Below are positions 50,501-64,000 of a stretch of 64,000 nt of DNA, in pieces. The stretch is taken from assembly GCA_964187785.1 (NCBI GenBank), contig OZ076409.1:70620001-70684000 (forward strand). Direction: 5' to 3'. The position numbers and the translations under genes are program-made. The stretch comes from Amphiscolops sp. MND2022. Taxonomy: Eukaryota. Below the pieces are notes generated by a model, which made no database searches, was not told the origin of the DNA, and saw only the letters and a list, made by a program, of their open reading frames with translations. Each line of letters begins with the position of its first letter. Positions within the stretch are counted from its first letter, which is position 1.

Positions 50501-53500
50501 GATTTGAAAGTTGGAGCGGCCCCCACCAGATTTTCCCGAATAAATCGCCCCCCACCGGGCTCCATACCCCGGAAAATTTTTTTTTGGTCACACGGGCGAC
50601 TGTTAGGGGGTCATTTTAGGGGTAAATTTCATTATTGTCCATAAAACTTTTTTCCTGTTGGTTTAAAAGTTTGGGAACCCTGCTAAAGGTTTTTCGACCA
50701 TGTTGCAAGGGCTCCGGAGGTGCAAACCAAATTTTTCTATCTTGAAGCTATCTCCAAGTACCCCCCCGCTCAAACCGTTATTTTTCCGGAAACGCAGGTT
50801 TTTGACCCGGAAGGAGTCGTCTGAGCGCGGGGTCGTTAGGTGATGTTTTGGGGACGGCCTTGAGACAAAGTGGGGGACATGTAGTTTACCAACCTCAGTT
50901 TACCCCCCGGACGGGAAATGACCGTTATATGAGCGGAAAAAATGCCCCCCTTCACGTTTTACCGCTATTTCCGGTGTGAAGGAGTGGGAGTAGCGCGTCG
51001 GGTGTCATATATCAAAAGTAGGTTTAGACAAGGATCTATCGGAAACATACGGTTTGGGACCCCCTGACCCAACCCGTTAGCGGGAAATGGGGCTTCCGCC
51101 TCCTTTTTTTACGGTTAAAAACGGAAAATGGGCATTGAGGAGTAAATATCTCGTGAACGCGTGGAGCTACGGTGTCCATCACTACTACAAGGTTTCATAC
51201 CCATGATATGGTGCCTCCAGGGGGCAAACAGATTTCCGCTATCTATCGCCGTTACCGACTTGGCCCCCCAGCCTAACCGCTATGTGACCGGAAATGTCAT
51301 ATTTTGAGCCCAAAGGGTCGGTCTCAGCCAGGGAACGTTAGGTAACTTATTGTAGTACTCATTGAGACGAGTTGGGGGACATAGTTTCAGTCACCCCCCG
51401 TTACCCCTTAGGACCGGAAATGACCGTTATGTGAGTGAAATTGCAATTTTTATACTTTTTGAAAGGCATTTAGGTGCAGAAGGAGTGGTAATAGGTGCTT
51501 GGACACTATATAATGATAGGGAGGACGTGAGGCGAGCTTTCGAAAAAAACCGTTATGTTAACCCCAAAGTCCCCCTTGTACCGTAAATGACCGGAAATGG
51601 TCAAATTTTGTGTTTAAAGGGTACAAATGTTTGTTGTTTTATGGATAACAGTACCTATTAGGTGTTTCGACGGTATGCAGTTGTGAACATAGTCATGAAA
51701 CCTTGTGGGGGGTAACGGTATATAGCACCGGAAGTCCATAACGTTAGAGACGGGATAGGTTTTTCCGTTTTTAAATGTCTTTCGGCGTACTTTTGTCAAC
51801 TAATATGGAATATTTTTTAAAATTAAAGTTTTTCCATATAGTTTCAGAGACTCCCAAACCTCAAACAACATAACCGTTACCTTATGATAGCCTTTCAAGT
51901 TGGCCTGGTGTCAACTTGGAAGGGCTATCCTTCAAAAATCGTTGATCAAGTGTGTTTTTGGGTATGTTTGAATCATTTTAGAATCAATTAGAGCTTCAAG
52001 AAATGTTTGCCAACGACAAAAACTATGTCGCGATGATTCCGTTATTAGAGTAATAGTTAACAAAATATTGATTAAGTTAATTTTTTACATTTCAAAAGTG
52101 TCCTAAAAGCCAGAAAACCTCTTTACCAAACAAATGGTATTGATTGGATTGTATATAACAGGTAATAAAAGTTCAAATTGATTATTACGTTTTATTATGT
52201 AAGCTGAAACGTCATATTATAGTTTAATTAACGTCAACGCCACATACTTTACACCAACGCCCACCGTCTGTGGGCATGCCGAGGCATGCCCTTCGACGAC
52301 GTATACCAAATACATTTCATATCTACACCCACCCGCGGTAGCAGCTAGGTGCGGGGGGGTAACCCCTACAAAGATATTGGAGGATTCGGGTAGGGTCCTG
52401 AATCCGATCTTAGTACCGTCAGCTATCAGTAGAAAATTTCCCTCAAAAACCGGGATCTCGGGAACTAACCGTAGGATTTGAAAGTTGGAGCGGCCCCCAC
52501 CAGATTTTCCCGAATAAATCGCCCCCCACCGGGCTCCATACCCCGGAAAATTTTTTTTTGGTCACACGGGCGACTGTTAGGGGGTCATTTTAGGGGTAAA
52601 TTTCATATTTGTCCATAAAACTTTTTTCCTGTTGGTTTAAAAGTTTGGGAACCCTGCTAAAGGTTTTTCGACCATGTTGCAAGGGCTCCGGAGGTGCAAA
52701 CCAAATTTTTCTATCTTGAAGCTATCTCCAAGTACCCCCCCGCTCAAACCGTTATTTTTCCGGAAACGCAGGTTTTTGACCCGGAAGGAGTCGTCTGAGC
52801 GCGGGGTCGTTAGGTGATGTTTTGGGGACGGCCTTGAGACAAAGTGGGGGACATGTAGTTTACCAACCTCAGTTTACCCCCCGGACGGGAAATGACCGTT
52901 ATATGAGCGGAAAAAATGCCCCCCTTCACGTTTTACCGCTATTTCCGGTGTGAAGGAGTGGGAGTAGCGCGTCGGGTGTCATATATCAAAAGTAGGTTTA
53001 GACAAGGATCTATCGGAAACATACGGTTTGGGACCCCCTGACCCAACCCGTTAGCGGGAAATGGGGCTTCCGCCTCCTTTTTTTACGGTTAAAAACGGAA
53101 AATGGGCATTGAGGAGTAAATATCTCGTGAACGCGTGGAGCTACGGTGTCCATCACTACTACAAGGTTTCATACCCATGATATGGTGCCTCCAGGGGGGC
53201 AAACAGATTTCCGCTATCTATCGCCGTTACCGACTTGGCCCCCCAGCCTAACCGCTATGTGACCGGAAATGTCATATTTTGAGCCCAAAGGGTCGGTCTC
53301 AGCCAGGGAACGTTAGGTAACTTATTGTAGTACTCATTGAGACGAGTTGGGGGACATAGTTTCAGTCACCCCCCGTTACCCCTTAGGACCGGAAATGACC
53401 GTTATGTGAGTGAAATTGCAATTTTTATACTTTTTGAAAGGCATTTAGGTGCAGAAGGAGTGGTAATAGGTGCTTGGACACTATATAATGATAGGGAGGA

Positions 53501-56500
53501 CGTGAGGCGAGCTTTCGAAAAAAACCGTTATGTTAACCCCAAAGTCCCCCTTGTACCGTAAATGACCGGAAATGGTCAAATTTTGTGTTTAAAGGGTACA
53601 AATGTTTGTTGTTTTATGGATAACAGTACCTATTAGGTGTTTCGACGGTATGCAGTTGTGAACATAGTCATGAAACCTTGTGGGGGTAACGGTATATAGC
53701 ACCGGAAGTCCAAAACGTTGGAGACAGGATAAGTTTTTTGGTTTTAAAACGTCTTTCGGCCTACTTTTGTCGACTATTATGGTCTATTTTTGAAAAATAA
53801 AATTTTTCCATATAGTTTCAGAGACTCCGAAACCTCAACCAACATAACCGTTACCTTATGATAGCCTTTCAAGTTGGCCTGGTGTCAACTTGGAAGGGCT
53901 ATCCTTCAAAAATCATTATTCAAGTGTGTTTTTGAGTATGTTTGTATTACTTTAGAATCAATTAGAGCTTCAAGAAAAGTTTGCCAACGACAAAAACTAT
54001 GTCGTGATGATTCCGTTATTGTTAACAAAGTTTTAAAAACGTTGATTTTTTACATTTCAAATGTGTCCTAAATGCCAGAAAACCTCTTTACCAAACAAAT
54101 GGTATTGATTGAATTGTATATAACAGCTAATAAAAGTTCAAACTGAATTTTACGTTTCATTTTGGAAGCTGAAACGTCATTTTATAGTTTCATTAACGTC
54201 AACGCCACATACTTTACATCAACGCCCACCGTCCGTAGGCATGCCGAGGCATGCCTTTCGACGACGTATACCAAATTCCTTTAACACAACACCCCCGAGC
54301 GCGTTAGCAGCTAGGTGCGGGGGGGAAACCCCATCCCTTATCTTGGAGGATTCGGGTAGGGTCCTGAATCCGATTTTAGTTCGCCCAGCTCTCAGTAGAA
54401 ATCTGGGAAATTTTTTGCGATCTCGTGATCTAACCATAGGATTTTAAAGTTGGAGCGGCCCCCACCAGATTTTCCAAAGTTATTCGCCCCCCACCGGGTT
54501 CCAGCGTGATTGAAATATTTTGACGGGGTACACGGGCGACCGTTAGGGGTCATTTTGGGGGTAAAATTTATATCCGGTCGCATAACTTTTTTCCTGTTGG
54601 TTTAAAACTTTGGGACCCTGCTAAAAGTTTCTTGACCGTGTTGCAGTGGCTCCGGATGTCCAAACCAAATTTTTCTATCTTGAAGCTATCTCCAAGTACC
54701 CCCCCGCTCAAACCGTTATTTTTCCGGAAACGCAGGTTTTTGACCCGGAAGGAGTCGTCTGAGCGCGGGGTCGTTAGGTGATGTATTGGGGACGGCCTTG
54801 AGACGAAGCGGGGGACATGTAGTTTGCCGACCCCAATTTACCCCCCGGACGGGAAATGACCGTTATATGAGCGGCAAAAATGTCCCCCTCCACGTTTTAC
54901 CGCTATTTCCGGTGTGAAGGAGTAGGAGTAGCGCGTCGGGTGTTATATAACAAAAGTAGGTTTAGACAAGGACCTATCGGAAACATGTGGTTTGGGACCC
55001 CCAGGCCCAACCCGTTAGCGGGAAATGGGGCTTCCGCCTCCTTTTTTTACTGCTAAAACCGTAAAATGGGCATTGAGGGGTAAATATCTTGTGAACGCGT
55101 GGAGCTACAGTGTCCATCACTACTACAAGGTTTCATACCCATGATATGGTGCCTTCAGGGGGGCAAACAGATTTCCGCTATCTATCACCGTTACCGACTT
55201 GGCCCCCCAGCCTAACCGCTATGTGACCGGAAATGTCACTTTTTGAGCCCAAAGGGTCGGTCCCAGCCGGGGAACGTTAGGTAACTTATTGTAGTGCTAA
55301 TTGAGACGAGTTGGGGGATATAGTTTCAGTCACCCCCCGTTACCCCTTGGGACCGGAAATGACCGTTATGTGGGTAAAATGGCAATTTTTATACTTTTTC
55401 AAGTGTATTTAGGTGCGGAAGGAGTGGTAATAGGTGCTTGGACACCATATGATGTAATGGAGGTCGAGAGGAGAGCATTCGGAAGTAACCGTTACGTTGA
55501 CCCCAAAGTCCTCCTGGTACCGTTAACGAACGGAAATGGCCAAACTTTGTGTTTATAGGGTACAAATGTTTGGTATTTTATGGATAAAAGTACCTGGAAG
55601 GTGTTTTAAAGGCCTTCAGAAGTGAACATAGTCATGAAACCTTGTGGGGGGTAACGGTATATAGCACCGGAAGTCCAAACCGTTGGTTACAGAATAGGTT
55701 TTTTGGTTTCAAAATGTCTTTAGGCGTAGTTTTGTGGGTTGAATCGTCATAATATCAACTAATACGGACTTTTTTCGGAAATAAAATTTTTTCACATTAG
55801 TTTCAGGGACCTCCAATGCTTCAGTCAACATAACCGTTACATTTTGATAGCCTTTCAAGTTGGCCTGGTGTCAACTTGGAAGGGCTATCCTTCTAAAATC
55901 GTTAATCAAGAGTGTTTTCGGGTAGGTATATGTTGCATTAGTACCAATTAGAGCTTCAACAACAGTTTGCCAACGGCAAAAACGAAGTCGTGATAATTCC
56001 GTTATAAGAATATTAGTTAACAAATTGTTTACAAAGTTGATTTTTTCAATGTAAAATGTGTCCTGATTCCACCAAATTGAATAAAATAATAAATGGTATT
56101 GACTAAAACTAAATAACAATGAAAAAGAAGATCAACATTTTAATAGGTCTCGTTATGGAAGCTGAAACGTCAAATTATAGTTTAATTAACGTCAACGCCA
56201 CATACTTTACATCAACGCCCACCGTCCGTAGGCATGCCGAGGCATGCCTTTCGACGACGTATACCAAATTCCACCCACACAACACCCCCGAGCGCGTTAG
56301 CAGCTAGGTGCGGGGGGGTAACCCCAACAAATATATTGGAGGATTCGGGTAGGGTCCTGAATCCGATTTTAACTCTAATAGCTATCGATAGGAAATCTTG
56401 CAAAAATTTCGGGATCTCGTGATCTAACCATAGGATTTTAAAGTTGGAGCGGCCCCCACCAGATTTTCCGAAAATTAGCGCCCCCCACCGGGTTCCAGCG

Positions 56501-59500
56501 TGATTGAAATATTTTGACGGGGTACACGGGCGACCGTTAGGGGTCATTTTGGGGGTAAAATTTATATCCGGTCGCATAACTTTTTTTCTGTTGATTTAAA
56601 ACTTTGGAACCCTGCTAAAAGTTTCTTGACCGTGTTGCAGGGGCCCCGAAGGTCCAAACCAAATTTTTCTATCTTGAAGCTATCTCCAAGTACCCCCCCG
56701 CTCAAACCGTTATTTTTCCGGAAACGCAGGTTTTTGACCCGGAAGGAGTCGTCTGAGCGCGGGGTCGTTAGGTGATGTATTGGGGACGGCCTTGAGACGA
56801 AGTGGGGGACAAGTAGTTTGCCAACCTCAATTTACCCCACGGACGGGAAATGACCGTTATATGAGCGTGAAAAATGCCCCCCTCCACGTTTTACCGCTAT
56901 TTCCGGTGTGAAGGAGTGGGAGTAGCGCGTCGGGTGTTATATAACAAAAGTAGGTTTAGACAAGGACCTATCGGAAACATGTAGTTTGGGACCCCCTGGA
57001 CCAACCCGTTAGCGGGAAATGGGGCTTCCGCCTCCTTTTTTTAGTGCTAAAACCGTAAAATGGGCATTGAGGGGTAAATATCTCGTGAACGCGTGGAGCA
57101 ATCGTGTCCATCACTACTACAAGGTTTCATACCCATGATATGGTGCCTTCAGGGGGGCAAACAGATTTCCGCTATCTATCACCGTTACCGACTTGGCCCC
57201 CCAGCCTAACCGCTATGTAACCGGAAATGTCACTTTTTGAGCCCAAAGGGTCGGTCCCAACCGGGGAACGTTAGGTAACTTATTGTAGTGCTAATTGAGA
57301 CGAGCTGGGGGATATAGTTTCAGTCAACCCCCGTTACCCCTTAGGACCGGAAATGACCGTTATGTGGGTAAATTGGCATTTTTTGTACTTTTTGAAGGGC
57401 ATTTAGATGCGGAAGGAGTGGTAATAGGTGCTTGGACACTATATGAAGGAAGGGAGGACGTGAGGCGAGCATTCGGAAGTAACCGTTATGTTGACCCTAA
57501 AGTCCCCCTGGTACCGGAAGTGACCCGTAATGGTCGAATTTTGTGTTTAAAGGGTACAAATGTTTGGTGTTTTATGGATAACAGTACCTATTAGGTGTTT
57601 CGACGGTCTGCAGTCGTGAACATAGTCATGAAACCTTGTGGGGGGTAACTGTATATAGCACCGAAAGTCCAAACCGTTGGAGACAGGATACGTTTTTTGG
57701 TTTTAAAATGTCTTTCGGCCTACTTTTGTCAACTATTATGGACTATTTTTGAAAAATAAAGTTTTTCCATATAGTTTCAGAGACTCCGAAACCTCAACCA
57801 ACATAACCGTTACCTTATGATAGCCTTTCAAGTTGGCCTGGTGTCAACTTGGAAGGGCTATCCTTCAAAAGTCATTAATCAAGTTTGTTTTTGAGTATGT
57901 TTGTTTTACTTTAGAATCAATTAGAGCTTCAAGAAAATATTGCCAACGATAAAAACTATGTCGTGATGATTCCGTTATTAGAATAATAGTTAAAAAATTT
58001 TGATAAAGTTGATTTTTTACATTTCAAATCTGTCCTAAATGCCAGAAAACCTCTTTACCAAACAAATGGTATTGATTGAATTGTATAAAACAGCTAATAA
58101 AACTTCAAATTGAATATTACGTTTCATTATGGAAGCTGAAGCGTCATATTATAGATTCATTACTGTCAACGCCACATACTTTACATCAACGCCCACCGTC
58201 CGTAGGCATGCCGAGGCATGCCTTTCGACGACGTATACCAAATTCCACCCACACAACACCCTCGAGCGCGGTAGCAGCTAGGTGCGGGGGGGAAACCCCT
58301 TCCTTTATCTTGGAGGATTCGGGTAGGGTCCTGAATCCGATTTTAGTTCGCCCAGCTCTCAGTAGAAATCTGGGAAATTTTTTGCGATCTCGTGATCTAA
58401 CCATAGGATTTTAAAGTTGGAGCGGCCCCCACCAGATTTTCCAAAGTTATTCGCCCCCCACCGGGTTCCAGCGTGATTGAAATATTTTGACGGGGTACAC
58501 GGGCGACCGTTAGGGGTCATTTTGGGGGTAAAATTTATATCCGGTCGCATAACTTTTTTCCTGTTGGATTAAAACTTTGGGACCCTGCTAAAAGTTTCTT
58601 GACCGTGTTGCGGGGGCTCCGGAGGTCCAAACCAAATTTTTCTATCTTGAAGCTATCTCCAAGTACCCCCCCGCCCAAAACGTTATTTTTCCGGAAACGC
58701 AGGTTTTTGACCCGGAAGGAGTCGTCGGAGCGCGGGGTCGTTAGGTGATGTATTGGGGACGGCCTTGAGACGAAGTGGGGGACATGCAGTTTGCCAACCC
58801 CAGTTTACCCCCGGGACGGGAAATGACCGTTATATGAGCGGGAAAAATGCCCCCCTCCACGTTTTACCGCTATTTCCGGTGTGAAGGAGTGGGAGTAGCG
58901 CGTCGGGTGCCATATATCAAAAGTAGGTTTGAACAAGGAACTATCGGAAACATGTGGTTTGGGACCCCCTGGACCAACCCGTTAGCGGGAAATGGGGCTT
59001 CCGCCTCCTTTTTTTACTGCTAAAACAGTAAAATGGGCATTGAGGGGTAAATATCTCGTGAACGCGTGGAGCTACGGTGTCCATCACTACTACAAGGTTT
59101 CATACCCATGATATGGTGCCTTCAGGGGGGCAAACAGATTTCCGCTATCTATCACCGTTACCGACTTGGCCCCCCAGCCTAACCGCTATGTGACCGGAAA
59201 TGTCACTTTTTGAGCCCAAAGGGTCGGTCCCAGCCGGGGAACGTTAGGTAAATTATTGTAGTACTCAATGAGACGAGTTGGGGGATATAGTTTCAGTCAC
59301 CCCCCGTTACCCCTTGGGACCGGAAATGACCGTTATGTGGGTAAAATTGCAATTTTTATACTTTTTCAAGTGTATTTAGGTGCGGAAGGAGTGGTAATAG
59401 GTGCTTGGACACTATATGAGGTAAGGGAGGACGTGAGGCGAGCATTCGGAAATAACCGTTATGTTGACCCTAAAGTCCCCCTGGTACCGTAAACGACCGG

Positions 59501-62218
59501 AAATGGTCAAATTTTGTGTCTATTGGGTACAAATGTTTAGTATTTTGTAGATAAAAGTATCTATTAGGTGTTTCGACGGTCTGCAGTAGTGAACATAGTC
59601 ATGAAACCTTGTGGGGGGTAACGGTATATAGCACCGGAAGTCCAAACCGTTGGTGACAGGATAGGTTTTTTGGTTTTAAAATGTCTTTCGGCGTACCTTT
59701 GTCGACTATTAAGGACTATTTTTAAAAATTAAAGATTTTCCATATAGTTTCAGAGACCTCGAAACCTCAACCAACATAACCGTTACCTCATGATAGCCTT
59801 TCAAGTTGGCCTGGTGTCAACTTGGAAGGGCTATCCTTCAAAAATCGTCAATCAAGTGTGTTTTTGGGTATGTTTGTATCATTTTAGAATCAATTAGAGC
59901 TTCAAGAAAAGTTTCCCAACAACAAAAACTATGTCGTGAAGATTCCGTTACTAGAATTATAGTAAGCAAATTGTTGAGAAAATTTTTTTTTTCCAAATTA
60001 AATGTGTCCTAAATGCCAGGAAACCTATTTTACTAACAAATAGTATTGATTGGAATGTATGTAACAGATTTATAAAAGTTCAAATTATTAAGTTTCATTA
60101 TGGAAGCTGAAACGTAATATTTTAGTTTAATTAACGTCAACGCCACATACTTTACATCAACGCCCACCGTCTGTGGGCATGCCGAGGCATGCCCTTCGAC
60201 GACGTATACCAAATACATACCTAACGACGCCCGTACATGCCGGGCTAGGTGCGGGGGGGTAACCCCAACAAATATATTGGAGGATTCGGGTAGGGTCCTG
60301 AATCCGATTTTAACTCTAATAGCTATCGATAGGAAATCTTGCAAAAATTTCGGGATCTCGTGATCTAACCATAGGATTTTAAAGTTGGAGCGGCCCCCAC
60401 CAGATTTTCCGAAAATTAGCGCCCCCCACCGGGTTCCAGCGTGATTGAAATATTTTGACGGGGTACACGGGCGACCGTTAGGGGTCATTTTGGGGGTAAA
60501 ATTTATATCCGGTCGCATAACTTTTTTTCTGTTGATTTAAAACTTTGGAACCCTGCTAAAAGTTTCTTGACCGTGTTGCAGGGGCCCCGAAGGTCCAAAC
60601 CAAATTTTTCTATCTTGAAGCTATCTCCAAGTACCCCCCCGCTCAAACCGTTATTTTTCCGGAAACGCAGGTTTTTGACCCGGAAGGAGTCGTCTGAGCG
60701 CGGGGTCGTTAGGTGATGTATTGGGGACGGCCTTGAGGCGAAGTGGGGGACAAGTAGTTTGCCAACCTCAATTTACCCCCCGGACGGGAAATGACCGTTA
60801 TATGAGCGTGAAAAATGCCCCCTCCACGTTTTACCGCTATTTCCGGTGTGAAGGAGTGGGAGTAGCGCGTCGGGTGTTATATAACAAAAGTAGGTTTAGA
60901 CAAGGACCTATCGGAAACATGTAGTTTGGGACCCCCTGGACCAACCCGTTAGCGGGAAATGGGGCTTCCGCCTCCTTTTTTTAGTGCTAAAACCGTAAAA
61001 TGGGCATTGAGGGGTAAATATCTCGTGAACGCGTGGAGCAATCGTGTCCATCACTACTACAAGGTTTCATACCCATGATATGGTGCCTTCAGGGGGGCAA
61101 ACAGACTTCCGCTATCTATCACCGTTACCGACTTGGCCCCCCAGCCTAACCGCTATGTGACCGGAAATGTCACTTTTTGAGCCCAAAGGGTCGGTCCCAG
61201 CCGGGGAACGTCAGGTAACTTATTGTAGTACTCAATGAGACGAGTTGGGGGATATAGTTTCAGTCACCCCCCGTTACCCCTTGGGACCGGAAATGACCGT
61301 TATGTGGGTAAAATTGCAATTTTTATACTTTTTCAAGTGTATTTAGGTGCGGAAGGAGTGGTAATAGGTGCTTGGACACTATATGAGGTAAGGGAGGACG
61401 TGAGGCGAGCATTCAGACATAACCGTTATGTTGACCCTAAAGTCCCCCTGGTACCGTAAACGACCGGAAATGGTCAAATTTTGTGTCTATTGGGTACAAA
61501 TGTTTGGTATTTTGTAAATGAAAGTATCTATTAGGTGTTTCGACGGTTTGCAGTAGTGAACATAGTCATGAAACCTTGTGGGGGGTAACGGTATATAGCA
61601 CCGGAAATCCGAACCGTTGGAGACAGGATAGGTTTTTTGGTTTTAAAATGTCTTTCGGCGTACTTTTGTCGACTATTATGGACTATTTTTGAAAATTAAA
61701 GTTTTTCCATATAGTTTCAGAGACTCCGAAACCTCAACCAACATAACCGTTACCTTATGATAGCCTTTCAAGTTGGCCTGGTGTCAACTTGGAAGGGCTA
61801 TCCTTCAAAAATCATTAATCAAGTGTGTTTTTAGGTATGTTTTTATCACTTTAGAATCAATTAGAGCTCCAAGAAAAGTTTGCCAACGACAAAAACTATG
61901 TCGTGATGATTCCGTTATTAGAATGATGGTTAACAAAATGTTGATAAAGTTGATTTTTTACAATTCAAATGTGTCCTAAAAGCCAGAAATCCTCTTTACC
62001 AAAAAATGGTATTGATTGAATTGTATATAACAAGTAATAAAAGTTCAAATTGATTATTACGTTTCATTATTCAAGCTAAAACTTCATAACATAGTTTAAT
62101 TAACGTCAACGCCACACACTTTACATCAACGCCCACCGTCTGTGGGCATGCCGAGGCATGCCCTTCGACGACATATACCAAATACATACCCAAACGACGC
62201 CCGTACATCCCGGGCTAG
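38517..62218 (+). repeat. Twelve family A units (starts 38517, 40492, 42467, 44460, 46432, 48404, 50375, 52349, 54315, 56308, 58282, 60249)
   Basis: Colinear 1966-1993 bp units. Units 42467 and 54315 are long variants. Confidence 0.96.
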
Positions 62219-63529
62219 GTGCCGGGATTTCTATTCGATAAAGTATTTTGCGCGGTTGGGTAGGGCCCCGTGAGCGCGCCAGGGGATTGTGTTAGAACAA
62301 CCGGAAATTCGGCATACGATTTTGGCGATTTTCTAAACTATCCATACGATTTGGCTCAAATTTGGCATACGGGTTCCTGAGACAGATATAAGAACTAATT
62401 CCTACTGGCGTTTTGCCCGGAAAATTTTTTTTGTTGCCCAAAATTGAAATTTTCGGCAAAAAAATGCGATTTTTTTTGAAAAATTTTTTTTGAGAGGCCA
62501 TATCTTTTTTCAGGGTGCCCGGAGCGGGACGCGTTAAACTGATTATAAACTCTACGGTTCATGGGCTTTACGGAGAACCTAAGCTCGTTTCGCTCGGACA
62601 AATAGTCTTGGAGATATAACGGGATTTTTCGGGAATTTTTTGAAAATTTTTCTAACGGTCCAGCTTATCTTTGCCATTTTTTCAAAAATGCACTCGCCTA
62701 AAGGCCTCCCCTGGCCGGTTTTATTCCCAGCAAAACCATTTGGCCCTAAATACGGAGTTTCAGCGTTCCAGCATTCCCGGGCGAAAAGTTGTGGGACTTA
62801 GAAAAATTTCAAAATTTTTCAAAAATTTTTTTTCCGTTTTCCGCCCTCCCCCCCGAGGGGAAAAGACCCCCCAACCAGTAATTTGAGTGAATTCATGTGG
62901 AAAGGCCATGTTTAGAGGAGAAAAATGCCGTTTAGATCGTCTTTTTATTTTAACCTGTCGTTGACTTATGTTGTTTTGAAGGTGATGTTTGGATGTGTGA
63001 AGCATGTGAAAAGGTGTTTTATTGTGTCTTTAGCTCTTCTAAAAGCCATTGAGATACAAGGTGTAGCACTCAGAACGTGTTTAATTCTAAATTAGCAATG
63101 CATCAACACTTTTTGTGTCTTTGGACTCTGTTAAAAAAAATTTTTCCGACTAAAATCAAAAATTATTTATAATTATTCACATTTTTTTCTGATCTCATGA
63201 CTCGAAACAGTTGAGTACATTCCATCTCCCTTCCCGGGGGAGATGAGAATGTACTCTCTAAAGACCAGGTACTACAGTACTTACCTTCCCCGAGCAACGC
63301 CCCATAAAAATTGCGTTTTGATCATTCTATTTTGACATAATTCTATCTTTGTAATTTGACTGGAAATGAAGAAAATCCGCACGTGCTCTTTTATATCAAG
63401 TATCTTAACAACGCCATCTCTTTAACGTCAACGCCCCATAGTTCACATCAACGCCCACCGTCCGTGGGCATGCCGAGGCATGCCCTTCGACGACGTATGC
63501 CAAAGATATTCCCGAGCGCGTTAGCCTAG
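62219..63529 (+). repeat. Family B unit (B3-like head, 1311 bp)
   Basis: Starts GTGCCGGGATTTCTATTCG. B core near 62740, hairpin near 63213-63256. Ends CCTAG, the only junction not preceded by G. Confidence 0.92.
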
Positions 63530-64000
63530 GTGCGGGGGGGAAACCCCAACAAATATATTGGAGGATTCGGGTAGGGTCCTGAATCCGATTTTAACTCTAA
63601 TAGCTATCGATAGGAAATCTTGCAAAAATTTCGGGATCTCGTGATCTAACCATAGGATTTTAAAGTTGGAGCGGCCCCCACCAGATTTTCCGAAAATTAG
63701 CGCCCCCCACCGGGTTCCATACCCCGGAAAATTTTTTTCTGGCCACACGGGCGACCGTTAGGGGGTCATTTTAGGGGTAAAATTCATATTGGGCCACATA
63801 ACTTTTTTTCTGTTGATTTAAAACTTTAGGACCCTGCTAAAAGTTTCTTGACCATGTTGCGGGGGCTCCGGAGGTCCAAACCAATTTTTTCTATCTTGAA
63901 GCTATCTCCAAGTACCCCCCCGCCCAAACCGTTATTTTTCCGGAAACGAAGGTCTTTGACCCGGAAGGAGTCGTCTGAGCGCGGGGTCGTTAGGTGATGT
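63530..64000 (+). repeat. Family A unit, 5' part (truncated by window edge)
   Basis: Shares rare variants with unit 48404 (TTTAGGACCCTG, CGAAGGTCTTTG). Confidence 0.95.

Larger units (their letters stand above)
1..64000 (+). repeat. Composite head-to-tail tandem array (macrosatellite-like) of three unit families joined at CTAG|GTG
   Basis: 35 junctions read directly, last base of CTAG at 810, 2082, 4056, 6027, 8002, 9290, 11262, 13236, 15209, 17186, 19162, 20439, 22401, 24395, 26363, 28338, 30313, 31584, 33770, 35963, 37248, 38516, 40491, 42466, 44459, 46431, 48403, 50374, 52348, 54314, 56307, 58281, 60248, 62218, 63529. All units share one orientation. Strand is assigned by convention (CTAG taken as the 3' end). 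Confidence 0.97.

Noticed and set aside
60033..60518. Longest ORF (161 aa, minus strand) and related 'MWPEKNF...' ORFs
   Set aside because: They cross the unit junction, and their C-termini change frame with the tail allele. These are chance open frames in GC-rich sequence with no Rep, helicase, recombinase or RT motifs.

Overview
The whole 64 kb is one non-coding, head-to-tail array on a single strand orientation. It holds 34 complete units and 2 partial units from three related families: A (~1.97 kb; 25 complete + 2 partial), B (~1.28 kb; 7) and C (~2.19 kb; 2). The order is A-B-AAA-B-AAAAA-B-AAAAA-B-CC-BB-A(x12)-B-A. All 35 junctions, whichever families meet, fall at the same 7-mer, CTAG|GTG, with no intervening sequence. 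Every unit ends with a conserved ~75-nt box containing a 20-nt palindrome (GGGCATGCC-GA-GGCATGCCC, with a compensatory variant), then a hypervariable tail of ~27-41 nt, then CTAG. Units also carry a long subterminal hairpin and shared head motifs, and their interiors are mosaics of exchangeable blocks. I found no credible protein-coding gene, rRNA, tRNA or CRISPR array; the ORF track reflects repeat periodicity. My best interpretation (inference) is a probably eukaryotic array of non-autonomous mobile cassettes (Helitron/rolling-circle-like, or recombinase-integrated) joined at a fixed core site, rather than a simple satellite. The mobilising enzyme is not in this window and I cannot name the organism.
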